DNA of 64,000 bases, from assembly GCA_021613535.1 (NCBI GenBank), contig CP075496.1, positions 1,302,001 to 1,366,000 on the forward strand, given 5' to 3'. Below are positions 1 through 20,225 of the stretch, in pieces (position 1 is the stretch's first letter; the number at the start of each line of letters is the position of its first letter). A program made the translations under genes and the position numbers. Origin of the DNA: Adineta vaga (Eukaryota > Animalia > Rotifera). A model generated the notes under the pieces. The model was not told where the DNA came from. It saw only the letters and a program-made list of their open reading frames with translations, and ran no database searches.

Positions 1-153
1 TTTGATAATGTTGGAGATATTCATAATGATAAATTAACAATGTCACAATTTGTTGAAGGTTGTTTGAAAGATGATCTAATTTCACAATTATTAGAACCTG
101 GATCAGCAACAACATTGACTAATACACATGATAATTCAACGGCTAGCACATGA
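1..153 (+). CDS. 3' end of a neuronal calcium sensor (NCS/recoverin family) EF-hand protein, partial
   Basis: Frame 1 reads FDNVGDIHNDKLTMSQFVEGCLKDDLISQLLEPG...AST*, matching the NCS last EF-hand and C-terminal helix (KLTxxEFVEGCxKD). TGA at 151-153. Confidence 0.75.
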   Translation, partial: FDNVGDIHNDKLTMSQFVEGCLKDDLISQLLEPGSATTLTNTHDNSTAST

Positions 154-514
154 CATTTATTTAGAGCGTTTGCAGTGTTTAGTAGTTCAGATAGAATCTT
201 CTTCCGTTTGTAAAATCTTTTCAAATAATTTATTGCTATTGATGCAAGTCTTCTTTTTTTTCTGTAAATTGATTGACAATAAATACACTGCACAGATCTT
301 TTGATTAACAAATAAATTCTTACAGATGCAACACATTTACAAGATGAATAAACTTGATCGTCAGAGAGAAATTCTTGCCTTTGAATTATTAAAACTTTTA
401 TTCATATGATTTACTGAAGTTTTCTTTTCGAATACGATTAGTAAATGTATGTAAATCTTCGTCGCTGTCATGTATGATTGGCAGACTAACGTCATAGAAT
501 TAATGAACGATTTG

Positions 515-1006
515 ACATCAAAGATGCAAAAGACGGTATGTATGGAAAAAGCAGTTTTGTTTTTATCTTCGAAATACTAGAAAGACACGCTTCAATCTTG
601 TCTCTAAATGATGACTAATAGCACGTTCTGATAAGATAATTTTCGTATTTTGATATTCTTTGATCTGATAACCTTGGTACAAAAGAAAATCTTTGACATA
701 TAAATAACATTGAATATTCCGATGAAAAGATAGGATTAATATCAACAAATAAACTTTATCAGATACACATTGATTTCTAAAATCAACATTCGAATCAAAG
801 AATACTTTGATTGTATATATTTCTAATGATAGACAAGTAATCATCATTGCTAGTGTCAATCATGACAGAATGTTTATATAAATGTCTAATCATATGAATA
901 GTTTGACAATGAAATCTATGCGTTAATTTCTTTGATTACTGATGAAAGGATAATATCACTCCATTTATTATTCAATGAATATAACAACAACAAAAAACGA
1001 TCAAAG
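515..1006. promoter_or_regulatory. Cluster of six TCF/LEF consensus sites (CTTTGAT/ATCAAAG) 3' of the NET gene
   Basis: ATCAAAG at 517, 794 and 1000; CTTTGAT at 658, 805 and 930. Extended matches ACATCAAAG (515) and CTTTGATCT (658). Confidence 0.5.
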
Positions 1007-1076
1007 TAGTGTAAGGATACAACCTTGTTCTTTTTTTCTCTTTAAATATGAATATGAATATGAAATATATAAATGA

Positions 1077-1736
1077 TTAATTTTTGTTATTATTCAAATA
1101 TTCAGTTGCTGATAGAGACAAGTACGGATAAAAATACGGCAATTGATCATTGCTATTGATTAATTTCGAAGGTTTTGAATAAGGGTGAAAACGTTGATGA
1201 TTGACGATTTTCGATAATCGATGATTTGATCGAATATGATCATGTTCTGATGAAAGTTTTCTATGACATGAATATGGTGGGAAATTATATTGAGCTGTAT
1301 GACATTGAAAACATCCAGGGATTGTACATATAGGTGGATATGAATATTGAGATGCAAGATAAGCAAGAGATGAATGAAGAAATAGATTAGTAAGTGATGA
1401 TGTGGAATCACATTGAGGTAAAAGATGATTGAATTCTTGAGGAGATTGTTTATTTGAAATCGATTGTGATGAAGGTGAAAAACGTTTTATCGATGAAGAT
1501 TTAGGTACATGAGAGGTAGGAGTCGGTGATGAAGAACGAATTAATGTCAATGGTGAATCTTTACCAATACTTGAACAAGTTTGAGCGAGTAGAGCTAATG
1601 GACTTTGACTTGGATCGTACTAATCAAAAGAAAATCAAAAGAATGTTTTTTTTTGTGATTATTTCAATGGTCTTACTGGGAGTATTGAAGATGGTTGAAT
1701 ATAATCTGATTTCGTTGGAGTTCTTGTTGAAGACAT
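1077..1736 (-). CDS. NET-family (Noc/Elbow/Tlp-1; ZNF503/703-like) transcriptional regulator, 2 exons (1736-1677, 1619-1077)
   Basis: Spliced product MSSTRTPTKSDYIQPSSILP|YDPSQSPLALLAQTCSSIGK contains the Sp/NET box. It also has a Btd-like box (CTIPGCFQC), a degenerate C2H2 finger (SCHRKLSSEHDHIRSNH) and the NET C-terminal RFHPYSKP motif. Intron is GT-AG, phase 0. Confidence 0.85.
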
Positions 1737-2931
1737 CTGTCTCTTTTTCCAATAATGATGATCGTTATGTTATGTATCTCTTGAATGTATATGAAAGCTT
1801 TTTCTTTTTTTCTGCTTCTTTCTCTCTGTTCTTTCTATTTATACATAGATAGAAAGAAGAGGCAAAGAACAGATTTGTATGCGTGATAAATGATGATCAT
1901 GTTTGCTATTCTCATGCGAATAAACGTACACTACAGCTTGACACATGTCAATTAGAAAAGGAAAACAACATTCGATGAATAATGACAATACTGATGGCAT
2001 CTCTCTTTCGAGTGTTTCTTAGAGTAAAATCACATGTTAACTACGATTTCGATTTTGTTTTCGATTCAAACGAAATGTCAATCGTATTATGACAGAAAAA
2101 CAAATGTTTTCTCTTTGCTCAAGTAAAAGAAATGCGTACGATTGAAAATGATCAATATCGACAGTTGTGACAGGAAAATAAAAGTTTCTTTTTTCTTTTG
2201 GTTAAATGACAGATAATAATGATGATGATATAAAACATTCCGAACTGGCACATATGTATTATTTCACAATATGTCAGCATGATCATCATCATCGTTATTT
2301 TTACTGACACAAAAATCAAGATCTTGATCGATCGGATAGAGAAAATATCAGAAGACATTCGGATCATTAATCATTCAACGTTCTTCTTTAATAACAATGA
2401 TTTATTGCCAATGATGAGATGAAACATACGAGTTATTTTATCAAATACAAATATATTCACGATGAAAATTTTAATGACAAAGGAAACAAGAAGTTTTCTC
2501 TATGAAATAACAGATATGATTTAAGTTTTCGTGTACTATGTCATATACACATCATCAGAAAGTATGACATCATAGAAGTTTATTCTTGAATGTATCAATA
2601 TGTGAACTAAGACTCTCATTCAGCATAAACACACAATTGTATGTTATTATTCATAGACAAACCACTCTTGTGATATCTTTCTTCCACTCAGAATCAAAAC
2701 GAACGAACGAACGAACGAAAAATTCTTTCTTTCTCTTCAGAACACACATACAAACTTGAGCTAAGAAGAAAAAGAACAAGTTGAACATATACATGTGAAT
2801 ATGAACTGTTAGTTAGACAGACGACAATCTCAATGCAAATAATAGTAGAGAAAGAAGAGAAGACAACGTGCTTATTCGTGTAATTTACCAATAATACAAC
2901 ATCGGTCAAACATTTCTTCACAATAAAATCA

Positions 2932-4385
2932 ATGTCATCAACTTCAACTATTGAAATCTTTCCTCAAATTGCTTATCCAATTCGAATAATAATTCCAATT
3001 GTTTATACATTTCTTCTTTTCATTTCAATTCTTGGTAATCTCCTGAATTTCTATTCATTATGTGTCACCTACGATCGATATCAACGAAAAAGTATTCATG
3101 TTCTTATTTGGAATTTGATTATCGAAGGAACTATTTGGTCATCAATCTTTTATTTAGTTAAAATTGTTTCCTTTGCTGATTTAGGTGAACATTTTGCATT
3201 GAATAATGGTCGATGGTTAAATGATTCATGGTGTAAATCAGAAATGTATATTTTACGAGTAATGGATTTTCTTCTTGCTTATACAATTGTCTTTTTATGT
3301 CTTGATCGTTGTGTTAAAAAACGCATTTGTTGTTATGGTCAACGTCGATTTGTTAGTGGAATTTGTATTTTCATTTCACTTTGGTTAATCATTACTTATG
3401 CATTAATTCCAATTCTTTTCTTTGATCAACAATTAAAATCATTGAATTATGGATCATATGAATGTATTTATAATCAAACACAAATTAATCAATTTACTTG
3501 GTTAGATATTCAACAGATTCAAACACCTTATCGAACTATTTATTTATTAGATTTTATCTTTGCTAATCTTTTACCTTTTATTCTCATGATTTTATTTTTA
3601 ATTTTAAGAATTTTTATTCATCGAAAATCGAAAACTTATGAAATTGAAAGAATCGATGAAAATAATTATAAACAATTTGATTTACAAACAAATATTGATG
3701 ATGATGATGATGATGAACATCCTAATCTTATCAAAATGGTTTGTCTTTCTTCTTCATTATCTTATTGAACTTATATTTCAAATTCTTTTCGTTTTAGGTA
3801 ATTCTTTATGTTATTTTGTATTTCTTCTGTCAATTTCCCTATCATATTTATCATTTAATTCGTATTTATAATCCATCCATTGAATTATATTTATCTTCAT
3901 TGAATCTTTTGTATGCAATTGATATTCCATTGATTACTCTTCGTTTTATTAATCGTTCGATCAATCCTTGGCTTTCGTTCTTTCTTATCAATTCAATTCG
4001 AAATTCATCAGATCAAATCTGTTCATCATTTTGGTGTTGTTCTTGTTTACCTTGTTTTCCAAATCGATGGTCTTGTATTGATCATTGTTTATCTTCGATG
4101 ACAAATGAATGGAATGATCTTACAAAAAATCATCAAATCATTCGAGAAATTCGTCCAACGGGCAAAATTATGAAAAAACAAATGATTAATTCAAATGGAA
4201 AACATATTCGACAAACATTTGAAGAATATGTGAGATTTTATCATCGACCACGTTCATCACAATTAAGTGATGTTAATCCAGCTTTATTATTTGCAGGAAA
4301 AAAGATTCAATCAGAAAATAATAATTTATCTTTTATTACAAATAAGAAAATAATTTATCCAGATGAACCACGAACAGAACTTTAA
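2932..4385 (+). CDS. Orphan class A (rhodopsin-like) GPCR, 2 exons (2932-3738, 3798-4385)
   Basis: TM1 GN (ILGNLL), WCK before TM3, LDRC in place of DRY, ECL2 Cys, FCQFPY in TM6, INPWL in TM7. The two ORFs join in frame across a 59-nt GT-AG intron. Confidence 0.85.
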
Positions 4386-4612
4386 CTTGTTTTTTTTTGT
4401 GAATATTTTAAACTATGGTTGAATATCATTTTGTATTCAACAACAATATGATAGTGTGAACGAGAGATGTAATCTAGAATAGTTGACTGTTAATATATGT
4501 GTACGATAATACGTATTGCTTATTGAACAAAGGATGATCTGCATAGGAAAAAAACTCTATCATGTCATCTATACAAAATAATTATTAAACAATATTGGTT
4601 TTTCTATATTAT

Positions 4613-4890
4613 TCAAAGGTTTTGTTTAGTGTTTTCAACTCTTTTTCGAACATCTTCAAGATCTCGATGGTTAGAAGGTACTGTATGCTCTTGAATAGAT
4701 AAAAAACACGGTTATAGTATGAAAGTGCATGTGACAGTTTCTATACATTCAGTATGATTGTCTTTGTCATTATTTCGGTTCTATCAAACGAGATGAAAAT
4801 TTTGAATAGCACGAGTCTAGGATTTTTGCGATAAGGTTGATATATAGATTAGTTTCTCATTCGATTGGTGATTTTCGGAGGCTTTAAAAA
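4613..4890 (-). pseudogene. Decayed TPR-repeat gene remnant (C-terminal end)
   Basis: Minus strand reads ALSYYNRV/(shift)LSIQEHTVPSNHRDLEDVRKRVENTKQNL*, typical of the end of kinesin-light-chain-like TPR proteins. Frameshifted. Confidence 0.5.
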
Positions 4891-5154
4891 AAAATATTCA
4901 TATTGATTATTGGAAAATGATAGAGAATATATAGATATTACGAATGTTGAATGAGAAATAGTCGAGTATACGATATTGATTAAATATGTTTTGGATAATA
5001 TTCATAAACTGAAGAACACATAGCGAAGATGTATCCCATTTTTTTCTGTTTTCTATTCAAAACATCGCATTTAGATAGATAAACATTGTTATTCATATAC
5101 AAAGAAAATCTCTTACTTCGACTACTGCAAATGTAATTATTTTCAAACTATTCA

Positions 5155-5266
5155 TCTTATTCTTATTCATATAACTCGTTGTTAACTGAAGAGAGCGAAA
5201 TGCATCGATATAGGGACATGAAAGATTGAAAAGAGGTCTTCGTTGCTCAGAGTAACATGAAGTAAA
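5155..5266 (+). repeat. Dispersed direct repeat, copy 1 (~110 bp)
   Basis: attcat...gttaactg...atcgatata...tgaaagattgaaaagaggtc...ctcagagtaa.atgaa aligns with 9398-9510. Confidence 0.75.
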
Positions 5267-6032
5267 GAGTAAATTACGTCACGTATCACCTTTTTCGAAC
5301 ATTTGACAACATGATCGCGTGTTCGTAAAAATATGCTTTTACCGTGATTCATATAGTCGAAGGGATCGAAACAAACAAGTTTGAATGTATCTTAAATATA
5401 TGAATTGACATTGTCAGAGAGTTCTTTATAGTATGAATATAGGTCAGAGTGATGATTTGTGACGTGGAAATGAATCAGAGTATATGTGGCTAAACATTAC
5501 ATATTCTTTGGTATCCTATCACTCAGACTCATACCACTATCAATGACGTTTGCACCTACATCCTCAAGATATTCAGAAAAACGATGATGTCATTCAATAA
5601 TCATCATTATTGTTATATTCAGTAAAACTACTTTTTAAACTTATTATTACTTAGAAATCGAGGAGAATACCAGAAATGTTAGTATATGGTTTTGTATACA
5701 CAAGAAAGAATTAGTTAAAAATCATTCTCGCAAAACAAACAAACAACATTTTGTCTTAATCACAGGGAAAAAATTGTTTTCTGTAAAAAGAGAGAAGAAT
5801 TTATTATACCGTTTTGTTAACAAGCAAAATAAGACGAGATATTCGGATTCAATCTTCTCTCGTTGCCGTTATTGTTAAGAATCAAAAATATTAAACAATT
5901 TTCAATATGCAAGAGCAACGTTTGTCAAGCATGAATAAATAAAACGTAAGATAAAAGGAAAAGTTTTGAGCTGCATTTTTCTTTTTTTTTCTGAAAGAAA
6001 GTCATTTGTTTCATTTTGAATATTCACTCGAT

Positions 6033-8592
6033 ATGAAAAATACAATTCTATTGTTTCTACTTGTATTCATCATCATTATTGCACAATCAAATTTACAAAA
6101 CACTAACACATTACTATTATCTCAAATAAATAATATTCGATATCAATGTACTCATCCGGGTTGTTCGACTCCAAAGATCAGCTTCCGACAAAATTTGAAA
6201 GCCTGTCAAACAACTTGTTTAATAGATATAAATTGTCGTACAATAACATTTGATCAATCTAATAATCAATGTGAACTCTATGCTGATGTTCCCAGTCAAT
6301 ATGGCAATTTGATAGCACAATTAGGTGTTGTGACTTTAATTGCTGTTGATAATCGACAACTATCAGCTCGTGAGTCACGTCATCTTACACATGTTTGTTA
6401 AAAGACAGGATATTATCTGAGAGAACTATCTGATTTTACGTGTAGAAGCATGAATGTAACGATGATATTGTAGATAGTTAAATCTAATTCACTGAATATA
6501 TTTCATACATGAATGAATCGATATTACTACGAAAGAAGAAATGTGTGTGCAGACAATTGTAGACACGAATATTTTCTGTTCTTGAAGAATATACTGACAT
6601 TTCAAATTTGACGTATATTTTCATTTGTAAACGTTTTAAATAAACACTTTAAGTTATTTGTTCTCTTGTTTTAGCGATGACGACAAGCACAACAACAACA
6701 ACATCCACGTAAGTTTGTATCGTAGATGAATCAGCAATAGAAAAACTTTAGAACCTATTTAACATGTGGTTAGGCATACGTGTGATTAAATGCAATACTA
6801 TTTATCTACAATTTATCTTTTCATAAATTATTCTCTGAATGTAGCGAGTTGTATGTTCAAAATATTCATGTAAATCCTATGTTTTCAACCTTTTGTTTTG
6901 CAAACTTCACAATCGAAGCAGTCAGAACAAAGAATATATTCTCAATGATTCCAACTGAAATGATTTATTGAAGACAAAATGAATTTCTTGCATATTAATA
7001 CTTCTACATTTATTACTACGAATTTTCTTCCTAACAAAAACCACTCCCATCAGTAAATGAATATAATAATCAAAATAAAACATCGTTTTACACATACGAC
7101 ATTTCCCTTTCTGTGAGCAGTTGCAGCAGTGATGAATTGTTCATCAATGAGAAATTATTACTTACCAATAGATGCCTAGAGAAAGTGAGAGAGGAAATTA
7201 AAAATACTTGAATTAGTGTTTATTTATGATAGTATTGTTTATAAGTACTTACAGAACAACATCATTTACTTCATCAACATCAACGACTACAAGTACAAGT
7301 ACAACGTCATCGACATCAACATCGGCAACAACCACAATTAGTTAGTAAATTTGTTGAATGAGTAGTAATGTGTTTTGTGGGTATCCCATTATTAATGTCC
7401 ACATTAAATTTGAAAATATGGGCGACAATATCACGAAAATTGTTACCCGTGCAGAACTGAATGAGAATACCACACGATTGAGAACTTGAAAATTGAGAAG
7501 AAAGATGATTTCCTATGTATTTACTAACTTTCAATAAGTTTTATAAATAGGAAACATTATTTTGTTATTTGTTTTTCGTAAATTGATCTGCTAGAGAGTC
7601 GTTTATATTCGAAATCGAATCAGGCATCGCATGTGAATATTTCGATAAAATCCGCTATTCAATTTGAATGTTACCCATATTCTATATCTACGAGATTCGA
7701 ATTGATTTTCAATAAAAAAATCTCTTTTTCATATTTAGCATGGATAGCAGCAGCAAACATGAATGTCGGACGAGATGCATTTACAACATCCATATTTTCA
7801 AATGGGAAGATATTAGTTGCTGGTGGATCCAATGCTGGTTATGTGAAGGATACTGAATTCTATGATCCATCGACGAATACTTGGACAGTGACAGGAAACT
7901 TGAATACCGCACGGTGGCGTCATACAGCATCAATACTAGCGAATGGATCAGTATTGGTTGTTGGTGGAGAGTTTAATGGTATTTATCTTAATAGTGTTGA
8001 ATTATACAATCAATCGACAGGTACTTGGATAGCAGCACGAAACATGACTGTTGCATGAGCTGCACATACAGCATCGATATTATCAAATGGAAAAGTATTG
8101 ATTGCTGGTGGATATAATAATACTGTTTATTTCAATACAGCTGAATTATATGATCCATCGACAAGTACTTGAACAATGATAGGAAACTTGAATGTCGCAC
8201 GGTCTTTTCATACAGCATCCATGTTATCAAATGGGTCAGTATTAGTTGTTGGTGGACAAGGTAGCAGTGGTTATTTGACCAGTACTGAATTATATGATCC
8301 ATTGACAAATACTTGGACAATTACAGCAAGCATGACTACCACACGATATAAACACACAGCATCCGTCTTATCCGATGGTTCAGTATTGGTTACAGGTGGA
8401 CAAAGTAGTAGTGGCGTTTATTTCAAAAGTACTGAACTATATAATCCATTGAGAAATACCTGGGCCATATCAGTAAACATGAATGTCGCACGATGTTCTC
8501 ATGCAGCAATCAGCTTATCAAATGGAAAAATATTAGTTGCTGGCGGATATAATAGTACTACTTCTCTCAAAAGTGTTGAGTTATTGAATTGA
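6033..8592 (+). pseudogene. Secreted PAN/apple domain + Thr/Ser stalk + six-bladed Kelch protein with two in-frame TGA codons
   Basis: Signal peptide MKNTILLFLLVFIIIIA. PAN cysteines CQTTCLIDINCRTITFDQSNNQCELY. Phase-compatible exons ~6033-6369, 6675-6708, ~7255-7339, 7739-8592. Kelch repeats ARxxHTASxLxNGxVLVxGG...ELYDP...W. TGA at 8056-8058 (Arg position) and ~8170-8172 (Trp position). Confidence 0.8.
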
Positions 8593-9397
8593 CAAATATT
8601 CTCAAAGCTACATTTCTTTGTTTTTCATCAAACTATTCAATCGTGAATGCTTCGAGAAAGTATCAATTACCGAACAGTAAATCACTCGTATTTACTCTAA
8701 TAAAAAAGAAATGATCGCTTTCTTTTACTACTATCTGACTATTTATTTTTCTCTCGTCACAATAATAAATTGGAGAGATCACAACATCCTTATCGTTGAT
8801 ATTTAATGCATAGTTCATCAGCCAGTTACGTGCACATCACATAATCCATTACATTATAAAGAAAAATTAAACACGTATGAAATGTGGTATGACGCTGAAT
8901 TGTCAAGTAGTTGTCAAAAAAAGAGTAATACCATTAGATCGAATCATTGCTTATACAGTTGAATTGATATTTCCTTTGTAAAAAAGAATACGTTAAATCT
9001 CTTAGTACTTTGTTAAAATAAAGAGTCATTTTTATTTTCTTTTAATTAATTAATTTTCTATATAATAAATGATTTGTCACAAAACAGAATTAAGCTTCAT
9101 ATAAATCGTTTGAGGAATGTTTATAGCGGTAAAATATTTTACTACAGCCAACAACACACTTACATTATAAAACCTCTGACCAATCAAAAAATTTTATGCT
9201 TAATTTTTGAATGATTTCCTTTTTTTTGAGAAAGACCATTTGCATCCAATTGACAATACAGAATATATTACAGTATCTCTGATAGAAGCGACAATTTATA
9301 GTTTACGATCTTTAATCATATATCTCGTAAAAAGAAACTCCATTTTGTACCATATTTTTCTCAACGAAAAGTAGATAAAAGATATATCTTTACCCAT

Positions 9398-9510
9398 ATT
9401 CATCTCATTCATAAGACTCGTGGTTAACTGGAAGAAAAAAAGAAATGTATCGATATAATGACGTGAAAGATTGAAAAGAGGTCGTCACTACTCAGAGTAA
9501 TATGAAATAA
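9398..9510 (+). repeat. Dispersed direct repeat, copy 2
   Basis: Similar to 5155-5266, same orientation. Confidence 0.75.
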
Positions 9511-9621
9511 TTCTATCGTCCAGATAAAGAACGAAAAAAATCTCATGATCTTTGATGTCGCTTGTAGTTGATCGATATGCATCAGTGTCGCCCTCTCATA
9601 TTCGATCTTTTATCAACATTC

Positions 9622-9634
9622 GTTTCATAGCAAT
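9622..9634. promoter_or_regulatory. Putative RFX X-box upstream of EML5/6
   Basis: GTTTCATAGCAAT, a near match to the X-box consensus GTNRCC(N0-3)RGYAAC, ~90 bp before the ATG. Confidence 0.35.
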
Positions 9635-9724
9635 GACAAATTCGATGGTGACATACGTACATTACTATTCTTTACAACTTATCAAGTTTTTGTGCGAATC
9701 ATTCGTACTTGACGTTCGTTTCTA

Positions 9725-18121
<8,397 letters not shown>

Positions 18122-18222
18122 TGTTTTCTTATCTTTTTACTCATTATTGTAGTTAATTATTCTGACTCTAACATATGTTTTGTTTTGTTTTTGGAATTGC
18201 TTTTCTTTTTAGATAGAATCGA

Positions 18223-19696
18223 ATGAATTATTTTAGTGATCCATCACTTTCGACTTCTTATCAATTTTCTCGTTGGTCACCATCATTAATTCGACCACCG
18301 GGTAATAAATCCGATAAGAACACACTGAAATCAACGTCAAATCAGCAATGTTCATCATTTATTGAATCACGTTCTCATTCACCTCCATTACTTTATCAAC
18401 CTGCACCAACTCCAGATCTTTATGTGATTGATGAACAATCATCTTCAGTTTCATCGATCACACCAGTCCGAATCAAATCTGCAACATTAACAATTCCGTT
18501 GAAAACGAATTCCGAAGAAATAATTTTAACGAATTTTGCTAAACAATCTCATGAAAGACGAAAACTCGCACTAGAAAGAAAATTACGTAAACAACAAGTT
18601 CAAAAATATGCACATATGGATTCTGATATTTGGTTTCATTTGAGACAATCATCGATACCATTAAAACGTTTAACGAAAACAGATGAAGGTCAGAATACTT
18701 TACAACAATTACCAATAAATTGTGAGAAACTCGAACAGAATGAGAAAAAATCAGGTTGGTAAGTTAATTCATGAAGATATAACATTTCTTCTTGATGATT
18801 GAATTTCCTTTCTCATCTCTAAAACGGTCAAAGTTTTCTTATTAAGATTTCAAATCTACACCGATTCTTCGCCCACGAACAAGCATACCAAAATCATCAA
18901 CTTCAGCATCTCAAACACTACTAAAACCTATTCTGGATCAACTTTTCAACCTTTTTTCGTCGCTGCTAAACCACTTCATCCATTACTCATAACTAATAAA
19001 ACTCATTCATCAAAACCACAAATTAAATTCATCAAACCACCATCATCAGCACCACCACGAATGCGTTCTTCTCCTCAAACACCATTACCTCCATCTCCTT
19101 CTCTAACCACACCTGAAACTCCTCCAATCATCGAAGAGAAACCTCTCGACTCTTCTCCAATCATTTCGGAATCACTCAATCGTCCGAAAACTGCTTCTCT
19201 AAAATCCACCATTAAATTACAAAATCAAATTCCACGTTGTCGTAGTGCCACTGATACCAAATCCTTATCTTCATTAAATAACTTCACTCCGCGTTTTATT
19301 TTAATAACCGACGATGAACATCGAATTGAATGTTGGTACCATCGATATCCTTTCATAATCAGTACAGATCTTCTTCAATCATTTCAATCAAAATCTTCTT
19401 CATTGACAATTTCCGCTTATTTTACCGATGATTCTCCTCAATCAATAGATTTTAATAGAATAAGCAAAGGTCATCTTCAACCTAAACCATTTCATCGAGA
19501 TACTGATTGGAAAAAATACGATCTAATTTTTATCTCAGAAAAGATCTATCAAGATGTGATGATTTATTTACAAACAATTGTTAATTTAATTCATAAATTA
19601 TCAGGAAAATTTATTCCAATTCATCGGGTGAATCAACAAGAAGATTTAAAAACTCAAGTAACACATTTCTGTAAACAAATTGGATCTAACATGTAA
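18223..19696 (+). CDS. Uncharacterised Ser/Pro-rich protein (at least 2 exons; junction ambiguous)
   Basis: ORFs 18223-18762 and ~18842-19696 are separated by a GT..AG intron (~18755-18846). AATAAA at ~19706. No recognised domain. Confidence 0.6.
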
Positions 19697-20225
19697 ATTT
19701 TCTGTAATAAAACAATTAACTTTTTTGAATCTATTACATTAGATTTTCAGTTGACAGGTACCTATATGACCTTTATTGTAATGTCTACTGTTATTTTGCA
19801 AGGTAATGCCTTGAAATCAAGATGAAATGTTAGAGAGACAAAAATAAGTTTGTCATAGGGAAAATAATTGTTATTCAAAGTGAGAAACATGTTTATTATG
19901 ATAAAAATTCATATTGATATATTGAATTTTTGAAAGGTATAGAGAGTTTTAAGGTGAATAGACTTGATAATTGTTTAAATGACATCTATCGAAACTATTT
20001 ATTGCTTGATATTGATCATCGGTTAATTATGGACTTCGATTCGATTGATTTTTTCGTTATTTATGAAAAATATTACTCGTTATATTGATTTCGATTCATT
20101 GGATATTGATTAAAACCATTAAATAATTTATACGAAACCTCTAGAAACTTCTGGTATTGGTTACAATCGTTCATACACAGCTGTACGGTTTTGTCATCTA
20201 TCAAATCAAATTTCCTTTCAAAATT

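Noticed and set aside
1160-1852. ORFs 1160-1411 (-) and 1526-1852 (+)
   Set aside because: Alternate-frame or antisense shadows of the NET gene with low-complexity translations.
2700-2718. (GAAC)n and other microsatellites (GTC ~27982, TG ~31857, GA ~45360, TA ~57290)
   Set aside because: Short, ordinary simple repeats; the GTC run encodes poly-Thr on the minus strand.
8056-8172. TGA codons as selenocysteine or an alternative genetic code
   Set aside because: They replace Arg and Trp positions, not Cys, and TGA terminates other genes in this window. No SECIS was evident.
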